Shown: positions 61,650-64,000 of the stretch, in pieces
How the letters are laid out: every line of letters begins with the position of its first letter
Position numbering within the stretch: the stretch's first letter is position 1
Assembly (NCBI GenBank): GCA_044229975.1
Contig: JBGARZ010000003.1
Location: 256,001-320,000, forward strand
Reading direction: 5' to 3'
Length of the DNA: 64,000 nucleotides
From: Polyangiales bacterium
GTDB taxonomy: Bacteria > Myxococcota_A > Polyangia > Polyangiales > Ga0077539
The notes under the pieces: model-generated
Seen by the model: the letters and a program-made list of their open reading frames with translations, nothing else
Database searches by the model: none
Told to the model about the DNA's origin: nothing
Made by a program: the position numbers and the translations under genes

Positions 61650-62018
61650 TCAGATGACCTCCGGCGCCAGGGAAATGATCTTGCTGAACTTCTTGGCGCG
61701 CAGCTCACGGGCGACCGGTCCAAAGATGCGGGTCCCGATGGGCTCGTCTTCCTTGTCGATCAGCACCGCGCTGTTCGTGTCGAACTTCACGTAGGAGCCG
61801 TCGGGTCGCGAGTACTCGCGCACGGTGCGAACGACCACCGCGCGTGCGGTCTGGCCCTTCTTCACCTTCATGTTGGGGAGCGCTTCCTTCACGCTCACCA
61901 CGATGATGTCCCCGAGGCCCGCGTACTTGCGCCGCGAACCGCCGAGCACCTTCACACACTGGACGCGACGCGCACCGGAGTTGTCCGCGACGTCCAGGAT
62001 TGTCCGCATCTGGATCAT
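61650..62018 (-). CDS. rplN: 50S ribosomal protein L14
   Basis: [20 protein letters not shown]. Confidence 0.98.
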   Translation of the reverse strand: MIQMRTILDVADNSGARRVQCVKVLGGSRRKYAGLGDIIVVSVKEALPNMKVKKGQTARAVVVRTVREYSRPDGSYVKFDTNSAVLIDKEDEPIGTRIFGPVARELRAKKFSKIISLAPEVI

Positions 62019-62044
62019 TGGTCTCTACCGCCTCTTCCGAACGC

Positions 62045-62335
62045 TCAGGACTGTTCCGGCCGCTCGACCAGACGGATGACCGTCCAGCGCTTCTCACGGG
62101 AGATGGCCCGGTGCTCCCGGATCTCCACCACGTCGCCAGCCTTGAACTGCTGCTGCTCGTCGTGGGCCTTGTACCGCTTACGCTGGCGGATGTACTTGCC
62201 GTACGTCGCGTGACGCACCGAGCGCACCACCTCGACCACCACCGTCTTCTGCATCTTCGCGCTCGTGACCTTGCCGATCAGCGTTCGCTTGCGGCCGTGG
62301 GCCTCGGCCTCCACCGCGGTTGCTTCCGTCGTCAT
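62045..62335 (-). CDS. rpsQ: 30S ribosomal protein S17
   Basis: G.V.S.KM.KT, YKAHDE, GD.V.I.E.R.IS..KRW. Confidence 0.96.
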   Translation of the reverse strand: MTTEATAVEAEAHGRKRTLIGKVTSAKMQKTVVVEVVRSVRHATYGKYIRQRKRYKAHDEQQQFKAGDVVEIREHRAISREKRWTVIRLVERPEQS

Positions 62336-62339
62336 CGAA

Positions 62340-62549
62340 TCACCCCTTCGCCTTCGCGCGGCCCGAGCGCACCGTCAGGGCGCGGGCGAGGTCGTGCCGG
62401 AGCTTGCTGATCCGGCTCGTGTCATCCAACAGGTTCGCGTGGTTGCGAAACCGGGTATCCAGGAGGCCCTTGGTCGTCTCGTCGATGTAGGCGTTGAGCT
62501 CCACATCGGACTTCGCGACCAGGTCTTTTGCAGTCGTTCCCTTGGCCAT
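62340..62549 (-). CDS. rpmC: 50S ribosomal protein L29
   Basis: Position between rplP and rpsQ; I..LR.DLARA.T. Confidence 0.9.
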   Translation of the reverse strand: MAKGTTAKDLVAKSDVELNAYIDETTKGLLDTRFRNHANLLDDTSRISKLRHDLARALTVRSGRAKAKG

Positions 62550-62560
62550 CGTCGTCTCCC

Positions 62561-62974
62561 TCAGCCGATCGCGCGGGTGATGACCCGAGCCTCGAGCGGC
62601 AGCTTGTGCGCGGCGAGACGGAAGGCCTCGCGGGCCACGTCCTCCGGGATGCCGCCGAGCTCGTAGATCACGCGCCCGCGCAGCACCACCGCAACCCAGC
62701 CCTCAACAGCGCCCTTGCCGTGACCCATGCGGGTCTCCAGGGGCTTCTTCGTGATCGGCTTGTCCGGGAACACCCGGATCCACAGCTTGCCCGCGCGCTT
62801 CACGTGGCGGGTGATTGCCATACGGGCGGCTTCGATCTGGCGGGCGCTGATGTGCCCGGACTCCACGATCTGCATCCCGAAGTCACCGAAGGACACGTCG
62901 GACCCGCTCTGCGCGGTGCCCTTCAGGTTGCCCTTCATCTGCTTGCGGTGCTTGACCTTCTTCGGCGAAAGCAT
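62561..62974 (-). CDS. rplP: 50S ribosomal protein L16
   Basis: [27 protein letters not shown]. Confidence 0.98.
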   Translation of the reverse strand: MLSPKKVKHRKQMKGNLKGTAQSGSDVSFGDFGMQIVESGHISARQIEAARMAITRHVKRAGKLWIRVFPDKPITKKPLETRMGHGKGAVEGWVAVVLRGRVIYELGGIPEDVAREAFRLAAHKLPLEARVITRAIG

Positions 62975-62995
62975 TGCTTCTTCTCCGGCGCTCGC

Positions 62996-63697
62996 TCAGC
63001 GGGTTCCCGGGCGGCGCTTCTTCTGCGGAAGCACCTCACCCTTGAACAACCAGACCTTGACCCCGATGGAGCCGTACGTGGTGTGCGCCTCCGCGGTGCC
63101 GAACTCGATGTCCGCGCGGAGCGTGTGCAGCGGCACCCGGCCCTCGCGGTAGCTCTCCACGCGCGCCATCTCCGAGCCGCCGAGGCGACCCGCGCAGCGG
63201 ATGCGGATACCGCGAGCGCCCAGCTTCATGGCGGCGCCGACGGCCTTCTTCATCGCACGGCGGAAGGACACGCGGCGCTCGAGCTGCGTCGCGACGGTCT
63301 CCGACACGAGCTGCGCGTTGGTGTCCGCCTTGCGGATCTCCTGCACGTCGATGACGACGTCGTCGGCGTTGGCATTGGTGTAGTGGAGGAGACCGGGGAA
63401 CGGCGCCGCGCCCTTGCGCTCGGCCGGCTTGCCCTTCTTCAACTCCTCAACGCCCTTGCCGCCCTTGCCGATCACGATGCCGGGGCGCGCGGTGTAGATG
63501 ATGACCTTCACCTTGGCGGCCGCACGCTCGATCTCGACCGCGGAGATACCCGCGTTGAGGAGCTGCTCCTTCACAACACGCTTCAGCGTGATGTCTTCAT
63601 GGAGCCAGGCAGCGTAGTTGCGCTGCTCGAACCACTTCGAGTTCCAGGTCTTGATGACCCCGAGGCGGAACCCATACGGATGAACCTTCTGTCCCAT
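62996..63697 (-). CDS. rpsC: 30S ribosomal protein S3
   Basis: [31 protein letters not shown]. Confidence 0.98.
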   Translation of the reverse strand: MGQKVHPYGFRLGVIKTWNSKWFEQRNYAAWLHEDITLKRVVKEQLLNAGISAVEIERAAAKVKVIIYTARPGIVIGKGGKGVEELKKGKPAERKGAAPFPGLLHYTNANADDVVIDVQEIRKADTNAQLVSETVATQLERRVSFRRAMKKAVGAAMKLGARGIRIRCAGRLGGSEMARVESYREGRVPLHTLRADIEFGTAEAHTTYGSIGVKVWLFKGEVLPQKKRRPGTR

Positions 63698-63704
63698 TGG
63701 TCGC

Positions 63705-64000
63705 CTATCCCTGCGTCGCGGTCTCGGTGGTGGCCTCGGCCTGCTCGCCGGACCGGATCTTCTTGGTCGCCTTCTTCGGGGGCGGCGGCCGGTCGGTCAG
63801 CGTGATCGCGATGTGGCTGACGCCCTTCGTGATCTGCGTCGCGCGACCCATCGCCCGCGGCCGCCAGCGGCGGAGGTGCGAGTTGGGGCCCTTGTCGACC
63901 GAGCCGATGGACACGTACAGCCCGTCGACGTCGACCGAGGGGTTGAGCACGCGCGCATTGGCCAGCGCGGACTCGATCACCTTGCGGACGACCGGTGCCG
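63705..64000 (-). CDS. rplV: 50S ribosomal protein L22 (5' end outside the window)
   Basis: SALANA, VDKGP..RR.RPRA.GRA..I.K..SHI. Confidence 0.95.
   Translation of the reverse strand, partial: APVVRKVIESALANARVLNPSVDVDGLYVSIGSVDKGPNSHLRRWRPRAMGRATQITKGVSHIAITLTDRPPPPKKATKKIRSGEQAEATTETATQG

Overview
Very GC-rich chromosomal window, most likely from a myxobacterium (Myxococcota; inferred from the MYXO-CTERM tail, TIGR02266-type PilZ, AgmX/PglI-like C-terminus and many Cys-rich lipoproteins). The right end (52.5-64 kb, - strand) is the distal S10-spc-alpha ribosomal cluster from rplV (partial) to rplQ, with no rpsD and no map at their usual positions. An intact rplC lies about 30 kb away with its own sigma70-like promoter, upstream of rlmE. 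The remainder mixes housekeeping genes (thrS, miaB, ugd, skp, sdaA, nikR, HMG-CoA lyase) with envelope and accessory modules. These are an ECF sigma/anti-sigma/two-lipoprotein cassette, a coupled pair of large Cys/Asp-repeat surface proteins with mirror-image architecture, a tandem GTPase pair, a receptor-less cheY-cheA-cheW-HEAT cluster, an apparently exported dikinase-like lipoprotein with glucan-water-dikinase domain order, and a class III aminotransferase/LuxE pair. I found no rRNA, tRNA, CRISPR array or mobile element. All calls are by eye from motifs, no searches were run, and start codons are best estimates.
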